Below are positions 1-9,414 of a DNA stretch of 51,215 bases, in pieces (position 1 is the stretch's first letter; every line of letters starts with the position of its first letter). The DNA is taken from the NCBI GenBank assembly GCA_964387165.1, contig CAYLVR010000001.1, positions 1 to 51,215 of the forward strand, written 5' to 3'. The translations under genes were made by a program, and so were the position numbers. Under the pieces are notes generated by a model. The model was not told where the DNA came from, ran no database searches, and saw only the letters and a list, made by a program, of their open reading frames with translations. Source of the stretch: an uncultured Chitinophagaceae bacterium (GTDB taxonomy: Bacteria > Bacteroidota > Bacteroidia > Chitinophagales > Chitinophagaceae).

Positions 1-90
1 TTTTTACAGTTTGCAGTGAGGGTGGGGTAATGGTCACCGGGGGTGGAATGGGTAGTAATAATCAAAAACTTTCTGCATTTTTGCAAGGAT

Positions 91-849
91 ATGGCTTCAA
101 CCGTTTATCAGTCGCTGCTCACAAAAAAAACCAGTGCCCAAAAATCTTTTGCGGTACTCGTTGATCCTGACAAAGTTAGGACGCACGATATTGATGAACT
201 CACTCAATTATGTGTTGAAGCAGAGGTCGACTATCTCCTGGTTGGCGGAAGCCTGGTCATCAGCAACCATCTTGACGAAGTAGTTGCCCGGATAAAAAAG
301 AACTGCAACATACCCGTGATGTTGTTTCCTGGCAGCCCCTCTCAGATCACAAATCACGCAGACGCGCTTTTGTACCTTTCTCTCATCTCGGGACGAAATG
401 CGGACCTGCTAATTGGCCAGCATGTTATATCTGCCCCCGCTGTCAAACAAAGCGGATTAGAGATCATTTCTACAGGTTATATGGTTGTTGATGGCGGCGC
501 GCCCACAACGGTCTCTTATATCAGCAATGCGCTGCCCATTCCTGCAGATAAGAATGAAATAGCCATTTGCACGGCAATGGCCGGGGAAATGCTGGGCATG
601 AAGCTGATTTACATGGATGCCGGCAGTGGCGCCCGAAAGCCTGTCCCCGAAAGCATGATCAAAGCTGTGGCCGATAATATAAAAGTGCCGCTGGTAGTGG
701 GCGGAGGCATTACAGACCCCGAAAAAGCCTACCACAACTGCAAAGCAGGCGCCGACCTCATCGTGATCGGAAACGCCATCGAAAAGAACCGCTCGCTCAT
801 CCTGGAGATGTCCTCAGCCATCCATATGGTATCTGTTAAAGGATTTTAG
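91..849 (+). CDS. geranylgeranylglyceryl/heptaprenylglyceryl phosphate synthase family protein (GGGPS/PcrB-like)
   Basis: ORF 43..849. It has the family-typical N-terminus (FAVLVDPDK) and C-terminal GGGI phosphate-binding segment (PLVVGGGI..., VIGNA). I prefer the ATG at 91 over the GTG at 43. Confidence 0.75.
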   Translation: MASTVYQSLLTKKTSAQKSFAVLVDPDKVRTHDIDELTQLCVEAEVDYLLVGGSLVISNHLDEVVARIKKNCNIPVMLFPGSPSQITNHADALLYLSLISGRNADLLIGQHVISAPAVKQSGLEIISTGYMVVDGGAPTTVSYISNALPIPADKNEIAICTAMAGEMLGMKLIYMDAGSGARKPVPESMIKAVADNIKVPLVVGGGITDPEKAYHNCKAGADLIVIGNAIEKNRSLILEMSSAIHMVSVKGF

Positions 850-1001
850 AAAATAATTCGCCCCTCAATCTGAAAAATATATTTACTTTGTGTGATAATA
901 ATTTTTCATCAAAGTATAGTCGTTTTGTGAAATGCAAAAAAAACCTGCCGATATAATCGCTGACCTGGCTCCAGAGGCCATCGCCATGCGTAGGTTTTTC
1001 C

Positions 1002-1026
1002 CTGTACAGCCATGTGCAGTTTTTTT
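1002..1026 (+). terminator. intrinsic-terminator-like hairpin in the leader of the arg cluster
   Basis: 7-bp stem with one G-U pair, ctgtaca(1002-1008)/tgtgcag(1013-1019), with loop gcca, followed by T7 (1020-1026). It lies 153 nt after the upstream stop and 116 nt before the GNAT ATG. Confidence 0.45.
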
Positions 1027-1141
1027 CGTTAGCCCGGTTCCCGTTAGGGTGCGACGTTGAGACTCATTAACCATACCGGCTGCACCATACTTCCCCGGCC
1101 CGACGGGGGTTGTTATCTTTCATCATTTCACTATTTCGTCA

Positions 1142-1849
1142 ATGAACAAGGATCAGGATTTTAAAATTTTAATAGCGGACCAATCGCACGAAGGCTTTGC
1201 AGAGATCATTTGCGAAGAAATGGCCTCATCCGCAAAGGCCAGAGGAACAGGTATTGCCCGGAGAAGCCCGGAGTATATCAGGGAAAAAATGCGTGAAGGT
1301 AAAGCTGTGATCGCTTTCAATAAAGATGGCATCTGGGCTGGTTTCTGTTATATCGAAACCTGGAGCAATGCCGATTACGTGGCTAATTCAGGATTGATCG
1401 TTGCCCCCGCTTTCAGGAAAGATGGCCTGGCAAAAGCCATTAAGAGAAAAATATTTGCACTCAGCAGGAAAAAATATCCGGACGCCAAAATATTTGGGTT
1501 GACGACCGGCCTCGCGGTAATGAAGATCAATTCCGAACTTGGCTACGAACCTGTTACTTATTCCGAATTAACCCAGGATGATGAGTTCTGGAGCGGCTGC
1601 AAAAGCTGCGTGAACTACGATATACTAATAAGCAAGGAAAGAAAGAACTGTTTTTGCACCGCGATGCTCTATGATCCAAAAGATCATTATGAACCTGCAG
1701 AAACCACAGAGAATTTCGAGCAGCATTCAAAATTGTACGAACGCTTTATGCGTATCAAAAAATGGAAGCTGCTGCAACCTTTTTTGAAAAAAAGCGTTCA
1801 GAAAGTCACAAGAGAAAAATCTTTTTTTCAAATTTTCTTTAATCTCTAA
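1142..1849 (+). CDS. GNAT family N-acyltransferase, first gene of the arg cluster (putative glutamate N-acyltransferase)
   Basis: GNAT motif A-like segment FRKDGLAKAIKRKI. It sits immediately upstream of argG, as in Bacteroidetes arg clusters. Confidence 0.7.
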   Translation: MNKDQDFKILIADQSHEGFAEIICEEMASSAKARGTGIARRSPEYIREKMREGKAVIAFNKDGIWAGFCYIETWSNADYVANSGLIVAPAFRKDGLAKAIKRKIFALSRKKYPDAKIFGLTTGLAVMKINSELGYEPVTYSELTQDDEFWSGCKSCVNYDILISKERKNCFCTAMLYDPKDHYEPAETTENFEQHSKLYERFMRIKKWKLLQPFLKKSVQKVTREKSFFQIFFNL

Positions 1850-1859
1850 TTCGATATAA

Positions 1860-3068
1860 ATGTCTTCTAAAAAAGTAGTTCTGGGTTTCAGCGGTGGGCT
1901 GGACACCTCTTATTGTGTTAAATATCTGCATGAAGATCTCGGTTATGAAGTGCATAGCATCACTGTGAATACCGGCGGTTTCAGCGATGCTGAAATAAAA
2001 CAGATTGAAGAGCATGCTTATAAGCTCGGTGTTAAAACACACACAACCGTTAATGCAATTAAAACATATTACGATTCAATCATTAAATATTTAATATTCG
2101 GAAATGTTTTAAAAAATAATACCTACCCCTTAAGCGTAAGCGCAGAACGATTGAGCCAGGCGCTGCACATCGCCGATCATGTAAAAGAATTAAATGCCAT
2201 TGCTGTTGCTCATGGCAGCACCGGCGCAGGAAACGACCAGGTTCGTTTTGACATGGTGTTTAATATCATGATTCCCGGAATTGAAATTCTTACTCCTATC
2301 CGCGACCTTAAATTAAGCAGGGAAGAAGAAATTGATTACCTTAAGCAGAAAGGTGTGAATATGAATTTCAGCAAGGCAATGTATTCAATTAATAAAGGAT
2401 TGTGGGGAACAAGCGTTGGTGGCAAAGAAACATTGTCTTCGAAAGGTATGTTACCAGAAGAAGCATGGCCAACACCATTAACCAATAAAGGAAGCGAAGA
2501 AATTAAACTGCATTTTGAACAGGGGGAATTGCGGAAAATTAATGATAAACATTTTGATCATCCATCGGATGCTATTCAGTATCTGCAAACCATTGCCGGC
2601 GCCTATGCCATAGGCCGCGATATACATGTTGGAGATACTATTATTGGCATTAAAGGCCGGGTTGGATTCGAGGCTGCTGCACCAATGGTCATTATAAAAG
2701 CACATCATGCACTGGAAAAGCACGTACTAACCAAATGGCAACTGAGTTGGAAAGACCAGTTATCACAATTTTATGGCAATTGGTTGCATGAGGGACAGAT
2801 CCTCGATCCGGTAATGCGTGATATTGAAAATTATCTTGAACATTCTCAACTCAATGTTACAGGAACCGTATTTGTGCAATTAATGCCATACAGATTCATG
2901 GTAATTGGAATTGAATCACCTTACGATTTAATGAATAGTACCTTTGGTAAGTATGGAGAAATGAATAATGGCTGGTCGGGAGATGATGTAAGAGGATTTA
3001 GTAAAATATTTGGCAACCAGACGATGATCTATCACCAGGTAAAAGAAAATACAAATGACAAAAGTTAA
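1860..3068 (+). CDS. argG: argininosuccinate synthase
   Basis: N-terminal ATP-binding motif FSGGLDTS and the segment AHGSTGAGNDQVRF; 402 aa. Confidence 0.96.
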   Translation: MSSKKVVLGFSGGLDTSYCVKYLHEDLGYEVHSITVNTGGFSDAEIKQIEEHAYKLGVKTHTTVNAIKTYYDSIIKYLIFGNVLKNNTYPLSVSAERLSQALHIADHVKELNAIAVAHGSTGAGNDQVRFDMVFNIMIPGIEILTPIRDLKLSREEEIDYLKQKGVNMNFSKAMYSINKGLWGTSVGGKETLSSKGMLPEEAWPTPLTNKGSEEIKLHFEQGELRKINDKHFDHPSDAIQYLQTIAGAYAIGRDIHVGDTIIGIKGRVGFEAAAPMVIIKAHHALEKHVLTKWQLSWKDQLSQFYGNWLHEGQILDPVMRDIENYLEHSQLNVTGTVFVQLMPYRFMVIGIESPYDLMNSTFGKYGEMNNGWSGDDVRGFSKIFGNQTMIYHQVKENTNDKS

Positions 3069-4038
3069 AGTCGGCATAGTGGGAGGCGCTGGTTATACTG
3101 GCGGCGAATTAATAAGAATACTTATCAATCACCCTGCTGTTGATATTGTTTTTGTGAACAGTAAGAGCAATGCAGGAAATCCTTTGTCGCAGGTACATGG
3201 CGACCTTGCCGGCGAAACCGATCTTTTATTTTCCAGCGAACTGAGAGAGGATATTGATGTGCTGTTTTTGTGTGTGGGGCATGGAGACGCAAAAAAATTC
3301 ATGGATCAGAATAAAATTGATGACCGCATTAAAGTAATTGATCTCTCCCAGGATTTTCGTTTGAATAAAAATGCATCTCATGGTTCAAGGAAATTCGTTT
3401 ACGGGTTACCGGAAATTAACAGGGAACAGATTAAGAAAGCAGATAATATTGCTAATCCCGGCTGTTTTGCCACGGCCATTGAATTGGGTTTGTTGCCACT
3501 CGCTAAAGCCGGATTATTAAAATCAATTTATACAACCGGCATTACAGGCTCAACAGGTGCGGGACAGGGACTTTCTTCTTCGGCGCATTTTTCATGGAGA
3601 GCAAATAATATCCAGGCATACAAAACGCTGAATCATCAGCATGTTAACGAGATCGGCCAGTCGCTTAACCAGTTACAAAATTCTTCAGATAAAATCGAAT
3701 TGAACTTTGTACCCTGGAGAGGAGATTTTACAAGAGGAATATTTATCAGTTCACTGCTGGATTGTGATCTATCGCTGGAGGAGGTAACCAGGTTGTTTAA
3801 AGATTTTTATAAAGGCGATCCGTTTGTACATGTTTCTACTAGTCCTATTTTTTTGAAACAGGTAGTAAATACAAATAAAGGCCTGATCCAGATTGAAAAA
3901 GCCGGAAGCAAACTGGTGGTACATTCAATTATTGATAATCTATTGAAAGGCGCCTCAGGGCAGGCAGTGCAGAATATGAATATTTTATTTGGCCTTAAGG
4001 AAACGGATGGATTGAAGTTGAAGGCTAACTCATTTTAA
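3055..4038 (+). CDS. argC: N-acyl-gamma-glutamyl-phosphate reductase
   Basis: NAD-binding GGAGYTGGELIR and the catalytic-Cys segment ANPGCFAT; overlaps argG by 14 nt. Confidence 0.93.
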   Translation: MTKVKVGIVGGAGYTGGELIRILINHPAVDIVFVNSKSNAGNPLSQVHGDLAGETDLLFSSELREDIDVLFLCVGHGDAKKFMDQNKIDDRIKVIDLSQDFRLNKNASHGSRKFVYGLPEINREQIKKADNIANPGCFATAIELGLLPLAKAGLLKSIYTTGITGSTGAGQGLSSSAHFSWRANNIQAYKTLNHQHVNEIGQSLNQLQNSSDKIELNFVPWRGDFTRGIFISSLLDCDLSLEEVTRLFKDFYKGDPFVHVSTSPIFLKQVVNTNKGLIQIEKAGSKLVVHSIIDNLLKGASGQAVQNMNILFGLKETDGLKLKANSF

Positions 4039-4055
4039 AAAAGAATTGCTAACAG

Positions 4056-5195
4056 ATGAACTTATTTGACGTATATCCCCTAAATGATATTACCATTACA
4101 AAAGCTAAAGGCTCTTATGTGTGGGATGATAAGGGGCAGCAATATCTGGATCTTTATGGTGGACATGCGGTAATATCTATCGGCCATGCACACCCCCATT
4201 ATGTAGACAGGATAACTTCACAGCTGAACCAGGTAGGATTTTATTCTAATTCAATTAAAATTCCTTTACAGGTTGAACTGGCAGAAAAATTAGGTGTTAT
4301 GTCAGGTCGCCCGGAATATCAATTGTTTCTTTGTAATTCAGGGGCAGAAGCGAATGAAAATGCATTAAAACTGGCTTCTTTTTATAATGGAAGAAAAAAA
4401 ATTATTGCTTTTAGTAAATCTTTTCATGGAAGAACATCGTTGGCTGTTGCGGCTACAGACAATCCTGCGATAATTGCCCCTGTTAACCAAACCGACAATA
4501 TTATATTCCTTCCATTTAATGATGTGGAGGCGTTGGATAAAGAATTTGCAAAACAGGGTAATGAAGTTTCCTCGGTGATTTGCGAAGGTATCCAGGGTGT
4601 TGGCGGCATCAACGTAGCTTCCGATGAATTCCTGCATGCGATCCGCAGATTATGTGATAAACATAATGCTGTATTTATTGCAGACAGTGTGCAGTGTGGT
4701 TATGGACGCACAGGTAAATTCTTTTCCCAGGATCATTCTGGCGTAAACGCAGATATCTATACAATGGCGAAAGGGATGGGGAATGGATTTCCTGTAGCAG
4801 GAATTATTATTGCGCCGCATATTCAGCCTAAATATGGAATGCTGGGTACCACATTCGGGGGAAACCATCTTGCCTGCGCAGCAGCACTCGCTGTTTTAGA
4901 AGTAATGGAAGAGGAGCAATTACTTGTTAATACAACAACTGTGGGAGAATATTTAATGAATGAATTAAAGAACATCCCCCAATTAAAAAATGTACGTGGC
5001 AGGGGATTAATGATCGGTTTTGATGTGGATGGAGAATTAAAGGACATGCGCAAAAATCTCTTATGGAACCATAAAATATTCACCGGCGAAGCAAAGCCCA
5101 GTACAATTCGTTTATTACCTTCACTGGCCCTGCTTAAAAAGGATGCGGGGAAATTGATAGAATCAGTGAATGAGGAAATAGCAGCGCTGGCTTAA
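4056..5195 (+). CDS. argD: acetyl/succinyl-ornithine aminotransferase (class III PLP aminotransferase)
   Basis: Class III aminotransferase signatures (LCNSGAEANE, FHGRT, DSVQCGYGRTG, MAKGMGNGFP), and it sits within the arg cluster. Confidence 0.9.
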   Translation: MNLFDVYPLNDITITKAKGSYVWDDKGQQYLDLYGGHAVISIGHAHPHYVDRITSQLNQVGFYSNSIKIPLQVELAEKLGVMSGRPEYQLFLCNSGAEANENALKLASFYNGRKKIIAFSKSFHGRTSLAVAATDNPAIIAPVNQTDNIIFLPFNDVEALDKEFAKQGNEVSSVICEGIQGVGGINVASDEFLHAIRRLCDKHNAVFIADSVQCGYGRTGKFFSQDHSGVNADIYTMAKGMGNGFPVAGIIIAPHIQPKYGMLGTTFGGNHLACAAALAVLEVMEEEQLLVNTTTVGEYLMNELKNIPQLKNVRGRGLMIGFDVDGELKDMRKNLLWNHKIFTGEAKPSTIRLLPSLALLKKDAGKLIESVNEEIAALA

Positions 5196-5318
5196 ATACT
5201 AACCCACTACCGCTCCTCAATGGAGAGGGTTAGTGGCTTCGTTAAAAAGCAGGGATGTATTATGGTGTAAGTGCGTTGGGGAAGCCAATAACCAGCTTAT
5301 GCCGCAAATAAATAAAAA

Positions 5319-6272
5319 ATGAGAAACTTTATTTCTGTCAACGATGTTTCCAATATTGATGCTATTGTAAAGCAGGCGCTTGTACATAAAGCAAATCCAT
5401 TACAATCTAATCATTTAGGAAAAAACAAAAGAATAGGATTGTTATTCCTTAATCCAAGCATGCGCACGCGTTTAAGCACTCAGATCGCAGCACAGAATTT
5501 AGGAATGGAAGCGATCGTATTTAATGTTTCGCAGGATGGTTGGGCGCTTGAATTTGAAGAAGAAGCCATCATGAGTGGCAGCACTGTTGAGCATGTAAAA
5601 GATGCCGCGCCTATCATGGGTAAATATTTCGATATCCTTTGTGTACGCACATTCCCTTCACTGAAAAACAGAGAGGATGATTACAGCGAATTGTTCATTA
5701 AACAATTCATAAAATACTCGGGTATTCCTATAGTAAGCCTGGAAAGTGCAACACTGCATCCGTTGCAAAGTTTAACCGATGTAATTACTATTACAGAAAA
5801 TCTTACAGTTAATAAACCCAAAATTGTTCTTACCTGGGCTCCACACGTTAAACCATTACCACAATGCGTGTCCAATAGTTTTTCCCAATGGATCAACGCC
5901 TGGGGCAAAGCAGATTTTGTAATTACACATCCCGAAGATTACGACCTGGATACAAAATTCACCAAGGGTGCCACGATCATACATGATCAGCAGGAAGCAT
6001 TAAAAAATGCAGATTTTGTGTATGTAAAAAACTGGAGTACTTATAATGATTACGGAAAAATATATAGCAACGATCCCGATTGGATGCTGACCAATAAGAA
6101 AATGGAAGTTACCAATAACGCTAAAGTAATGCATTGCTTACCCGTTAGGAGAAATGTTGAACTAAGCGACGAAATACTTGACGGATCAAATAGTTTAGTT
6201 ACCCCACAGGCATCTAACAGGGTGTGGGCCGCACAAGCAGTACTTGCCGAAATATTAAACTCTCTTAAATGA
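5319..6272 (+). CDS. argF: N-acylornithine carbamoyltransferase, probably the N-succinyl-L-ornithine type (ArgF')
   Basis: Carbamoyl-phosphate motif SMRTR and HCLPVRR. It appears collinear with my recollection of Bacteroides fragilis ArgF', including the Pro in the segment DAAPIMG. Confidence 0.85.
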   Translation: MRNFISVNDVSNIDAIVKQALVHKANPLQSNHLGKNKRIGLLFLNPSMRTRLSTQIAAQNLGMEAIVFNVSQDGWALEFEEEAIMSGSTVEHVKDAAPIMGKYFDILCVRTFPSLKNREDDYSELFIKQFIKYSGIPIVSLESATLHPLQSLTDVITITENLTVNKPKIVLTWAPHVKPLPQCVSNSFSQWINAWGKADFVITHPEDYDLDTKFTKGATIIHDQQEALKNADFVYVKNWSTYNDYGKIYSNDPDWMLTNKKMEVTNNAKVMHCLPVRRNVELSDEILDGSNSLVTPQASNRVWAAQAVLAEILNSLK

Positions 6273-7048
6273 GCAGGCTGTACGTAATAAAAATTGGCGG
6301 TAATATTATTGACGACGAAACCAAATTAACTGCCTTCCTAAAAGAATTCTCATCAATTAAAGAGAATAAAATACTGGTACATGGAGGCGGTAAACTGGCG
6401 ACAAGATTAGCCAGTCGGTTAGGAATACAACAGCAAATGGTTGACGGAAGAAGAATTACCGATGCCGAAACGCTGAAAATAGTTACCATGGTGTACGCCG
6501 GGTACATCAATAAAAATATTATAGCACAGTTGCAACAATTTGGATGCAATGCAACCGGACTAAGCGGAGCCGATGGAAATGTAATACTTGCGCATAAACG
6601 CGTTAAAGGAGATGTTGACTACGGTTTCGCAGGCGATATTGATAAAGTGAACTCAGAATTAATTGATGGCTTATTAAAACAGGATATTGCTTTGGTATTT
6701 GCGCCAATAACCCATGATGGAAAGGGGCAATTATTAAATACAAATGCAGATACCATCTCACAGGAAATTGCTACCGCTATGAGCTCTTTATACGAGGTGC
6801 ATCTGGTTTACGGTTTCGAAAAAGCAGGCGTGTTACTTAATGCAGAAGACGACAATACAGTTATAAAAGAAATTAACCTGGAATATTATGCCCAACTTAA
6901 AGCCGACAATGTAATATTTGCAGGAATGATACCTAAACTCGACAATGCTTTTACAGCAATAAATAAAGGAGTAAGAAAGGTAATCATTGGCAAAGCCGAA
7001 AACCTTCAGCAACTCGCAGCAGGAAGATCAGGAACAACAATAAACTAA
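6269..7048 (+). CDS. argB: N-acylglutamate kinase
   Basis: Amino-acid kinase fold motifs (IKIGGN, LVHGGG, NTNAD); 4-nt overlap with argF. Confidence 0.92.
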   Translation: MSRLYVIKIGGNIIDDETKLTAFLKEFSSIKENKILVHGGGKLATRLASRLGIQQQMVDGRRITDAETLKIVTMVYAGYINKNIIAQLQQFGCNATGLSGADGNVILAHKRVKGDVDYGFAGDIDKVNSELIDGLLKQDIALVFAPITHDGKGQLLNTNADTISQEIATAMSSLYEVHLVYGFEKAGVLLNAEDDNTVIKEINLEYYAQLKADNVIFAGMIPKLDNAFTAINKGVRKVIIGKAENLQQLAAGRSGTTIN

Positions 7049-8115
7049 TGAACACACAGGATTTATATATTAATGCTATCGGGTTACTGAAAAAATTGAT
7101 TTCAACGCCGTCTTTCAGTAAGGAAGAGGATCAGACGGCAGGAATTATCACCCGTTTCCTGGGAATTAAAGGCATCGAACATTACAGGATCGGAAATAAT
7201 GTGTATGCCTTTAATAAATATTATAACCAAGCCAAACCAACTATCTTATTAAATTCTCATCATGACACTGTAAAACCTAATCGGGGATATACACTTGATC
7301 CGTTTCTTCCCATTGAGAAAGATGGCAAACTATACGGGCTGGGAAGTAACGATGCAGGCGGATCACTGGTTTCATTAATTGCCACATTCTTATTTTATTA
7401 TGATAAACAGGATCTGAAATATAACTTTCTTATTGCTGCCACAGCAGAAGAAGAAATTTCCGGTAAAAATGGAATAGAAAAGATATTACCCGAATTAGGT
7501 AAAATAGATTTTGCGATAGTTGGCGAGCCCACACAAATGCAGATGGCTATTGCCGAAAAAGGGCTATTGGTACTGGACTGCATAACAAACGGCAGAGCAG
7601 GTCATGCAGCACGTAATGAAGGTGATAATGCTATTTACAAAGCTATTAAAGATATTCAGTGGGTTAGTAGTTACCAGTTTCCAAAGGTTTCAGAATTGCT
7701 GGGACCGGTAAAAATGTCTGTTACTGTAATAACCACCGAGAACAAAGCACATAATGTAGTTCCTGCCCAGTGTAATTATGTAATTGATGTTCGCGTAAAT
7801 GAGTTATACAGCTTTGAAGAAATAATAGGGATTATTCGTTCAAATATTTTTTCTGAAGTGCAGCCAAGAAGTTTAAGAATGCGCTCATCACTGATTAATA
7901 CTGATCATCCGTTGGTGAAATCAGGAACCCAACTTGGTATCAGCTATTATGGATCTCCCACTACATCAGATAAAGCCCTGATGCCCTTCCCTGCATTAAA
8001 GATGGGGCCTGGAGATTCTGCCCGTAGCCATACAGCCGATGAATTTATTTACACGAAAGAAATAGAAGAAGGAATTAATCTTTATATTCAACTGCTGCAA
8101 AACATTTTAGCATGA
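7048..8115 (+). CDS. argE: M20 family deacylase (acetylornithine deacetylase / succinylornithine desuccinylase-like)
   Basis: M20 metal-binding segments (NSHHDTV, GSNDAGG, AEEE), and it sits within the arg cluster. Confidence 0.85.
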   Translation: MNTQDLYINAIGLLKKLISTPSFSKEEDQTAGIITRFLGIKGIEHYRIGNNVYAFNKYYNQAKPTILLNSHHDTVKPNRGYTLDPFLPIEKDGKLYGLGSNDAGGSLVSLIATFLFYYDKQDLKYNFLIAATAEEEISGKNGIEKILPELGKIDFAIVGEPTQMQMAIAEKGLLVLDCITNGRAGHAARNEGDNAIYKAIKDIQWVSSYQFPKVSELLGPVKMSVTVITTENKAHNVVPAQCNYVIDVRVNELYSFEEIIGIIRSNIFSEVQPRSLRMRSSLINTDHPLVKSGTQLGISYYGSPTTSDKALMPFPALKMGPGDSARSHTADEFIYTKEIEEGINLYIQLLQNILA

Positions 8116-9410
8116 AACTATGGAGCAAAGACAATACCGAAACATCAAAGCAGATAGAACATTTTACTGTTGGCCGCGACAATGAATTTGATATTTTACT
8201 GGCTGAACATGATGTGACCGGCACTATCGCCCACGTTACCATGCTTAAACAGGCAGGATTAATGGATACTACAGAAGCAGAGCAGGCATTAAAAGGATTG
8301 AGAGATATATTATCAGAAATCAGGAAGGGAGACTTCAAAATAGAAGAGGGTGTAGAAGATATTCATTCACAAGTGGAGTTGTTGCTAACAAAAAGAATAG
8401 GTGAAGCTGGTAAAAAAATTCATAGCGGCCGTAGTCGTAACGATCAGGTGGCTGTTGATATTAAACTATTTCTGCGTGCTGAAATATTAAAAGTAAAAGA
8501 GAAAGTAAAAGAGCTGTTTGATCTATTAATTCAGCAAAGCGAAAAACACAAGGATGTTTTGCTGCCGGGATACACGCATTTGCAAATTGCAATGCCTTCT
8601 TCTGCAGGTTTATGGTTAGGCGCTTACGCTGAAAGTCTTGTAGAAGATATGGAACTGCTAGCAGCAGCTTATGTTATTGCTAATAAAAACCCCTTAGGAA
8701 GTGGAGCGGGTTATGGGTCTTCTTTTCCTTTAAATAGAACACTTACTACTGAATTATTACGATTCGGTTCATTAAATCATAATTCTGTTTACGCACAGAT
8801 GAGTCGTGGTAAAACGGAAAAAATAGTTTCGCAGGCGTTGGGGTCAGTTGCAGCAACGCTTAGTAAATTGTCGATGGATTGCTGTTTATATTTAAACCAG
8901 AATTTTGGTTTTATTTCTTTTCCAAATGAATTAACCACCGGCAGTAGTATTATGCCGCATAAAAAGAATCCCGATGTATTTGAACTGGTTCGTGCCCATT
9001 GCAACAGACTACAGGCAACTCCTAACGAACTGATTATTTTATTAAACAATCTTCCCTCCGGTTATCATCGCGATCTGCAATTAACAAAAGAGATATTATT
9101 TCCAGCATTTGAAACATTAAAGTCCTGCATCAACATGACTATTCTAATGATTTCGAATATCAGTTTCAGAAATGATATTTTAAAAGAAGAAAAATACCGG
9201 TATTTATTCAGCGTGGAAGCTGTAAATGAGTTGGTAAATAAGGGCATCCCGTTTCGTGAGGCCTACAAACAGGTGGGTGAACAAATCGAACGTGGTATAT
9301 TTAATTTTGACTTCAGCAAAGGGCTTAAGCATACACATGAAGGAAGCATCGGGAATTTATGTAATGAGCAGATCAAAATAGAAATGGATAAAGTGATGAG
9401 TAAGATCTAG
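8112..9410 (+). CDS. argH: argininosuccinate lyase
   Basis: Fumarate-lyase family signature GSSIMPHKKNPD and the segment SGRSRNDQV; 4-nt overlap with argE. Confidence 0.96.
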   Translation: MKLWSKDNTETSKQIEHFTVGRDNEFDILLAEHDVTGTIAHVTMLKQAGLMDTTEAEQALKGLRDILSEIRKGDFKIEEGVEDIHSQVELLLTKRIGEAGKKIHSGRSRNDQVAVDIKLFLRAEILKVKEKVKELFDLLIQQSEKHKDVLLPGYTHLQIAMPSSAGLWLGAYAESLVEDMELLAAAYVIANKNPLGSGAGYGSSFPLNRTLTTELLRFGSLNHNSVYAQMSRGKTEKIVSQALGSVAATLSKLSMDCCLYLNQNFGFISFPNELTTGSSIMPHKKNPDVFELVRAHCNRLQATPNELIILLNNLPSGYHRDLQLTKEILFPAFETLKSCINMTILMISNISFRNDILKEEKYRYLFSVEAVNELVNKGIPFREAYKQVGEQIERGIFNFDFSKGLKHTHEGSIGNLCNEQIKIEMDKVMSKI

Positions 9411-9414
9411 GGAT

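Noticed and set aside
883-1074. 63-aa minus-strand ORF in the arg leader.
   Set aside because: It has no recognisable motif, and it spans the hairpin and terminator structure. The region is better explained as a structured non-coding leader. I still mention the plus-strand 42-codon ORF in the finding because of its Arg codons, but only as a hypothesis.
5196-5318. Imperfect hairpin ccactacc...ggttagtgg and complementary pair ggcttc...gaagcc in the argD-argF' spacer.
   Set aside because: The stems are short and bulged, there is no U-tract, and I found no second copy in the window. That is not enough to call a terminator or RNA element, though the 123-bp gap inside an otherwise tight operon is noted.
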